From the human T2T-CHM13v2.0 reference genome, Homo sapiens, in assembly GCF_009914755.1 (NCBI RefSeq), contig NC_060937.1: 64,000 nucleotides of DNA; one strand, 5' to 3'. The notes under the pieces were generated by a model, which did not search any database, had not been told where the DNA came from, and worked only from the letters and a program-made list of their open reading frames with translations. Positions 63,347 to 64,000 of this stretch are shown here, in pieces; the first letter of the stretch is position 1, and each line of letters opens with the position of its first letter. A program made the position numbers and the translations under genes.

Positions 63347-63625
63347 TTTTCCAGGTACTGTCTGTCACAGCTTCGCTTGGCTAGGAAAGGGAATTCCCTG
63401 ACCCCTTGTGCTTCCCCGGTGAGGGGATGCCTCACCCTGCTTCGGCTCACACTCAGTGCACTGCACTCACTGTCCTGCACCCACTGTCCGACAAGCCCCA
63501 GTGAGATGAACCCGGTACCTCAGCTGGAAATGCAGAAATCACCCATCTTCTGCATTGCTCACGCTGGGAGCTGTAGACTGGAGCTGTTCCTATTTGGCCA
63601 TCTTGGAACTGCCCCCCCTCCCCCC

Positions 63626-63677
63626 ACAAAGAATTATTAACCCAAAATGTCAGTGGTGCCAAGGTTGAGAAACCCTG
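63626..63677 (+). mobile_element. MER20 right part
   Basis: acaaagaattat..cccaaaatgtcagtggtgccaaggttgagaaaccctg terminal sequence. Confidence 0.9.
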
Positions 63678-64000
63678 AAAGCCTGATCAGTTAGGTCATA
63701 ACTTTTGGCAGGACGGGTTTGTAAGTGGTGAGGTATTTTTCTGGCGCTGGGTGCATACTATCTGACTGTCTCTGTATTTGTGTATTGCATTCATTTCTTC
63801 CCAATGCCTAGATTCATTAGGGGTTACGAAATGGTGATGTTCTGAGTCTGTCTATACTGTTTCCCTTTTGTGTCTGGAATACTTCCATAAAGAGGATGCT
63901 CCTGCTCCTAAACCTTTGGAATGTTCCCTTAATCAATATTGTACATTCACGTTACACCTCCAAGACTGGTTCTTGTATTCAGAAACGGTGTGAGCATCCT

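Overview
This is primate (Alu- and L1PA-containing, most likely human or ape) non-coding DNA, probably intronic or intergenic. I can find no host protein-coding gene, rRNA, tRNA or CRISPR array. Apart from the L1 fragments, the ORF track is chance, low-complexity or repeat-derived. The window holds 12 Alus, three MST LTRs, MLT LTR fragments, two MER20 copies, old L1M/L2/MIR fragments and a truncated old L1PA/PB. It also holds one full-length, inactivated ~6.2 kb L1PA4/5-like element (57448-63625, minus strand) with a 13-bp TSD, nested inside a MER20 that itself sits in an L1MC. The least-explained structure is three pairs of short dispersed duplications with unrelated flanks: 100 bp at 99% identity, ~50 bp at ~90% and ~120 bp at ~74%. 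Other points of note are two minisatellites apparently born from one L2 element, a 17-bp VNTR with higher-order structure, AT-to-GC-shifted old repeats and several candidate enhancer or splice-acceptor sites. Repeat subfamily calls are from memory of consensus sequences and need RepeatMasker/Dfam confirmation. I see no convincing new biological system.
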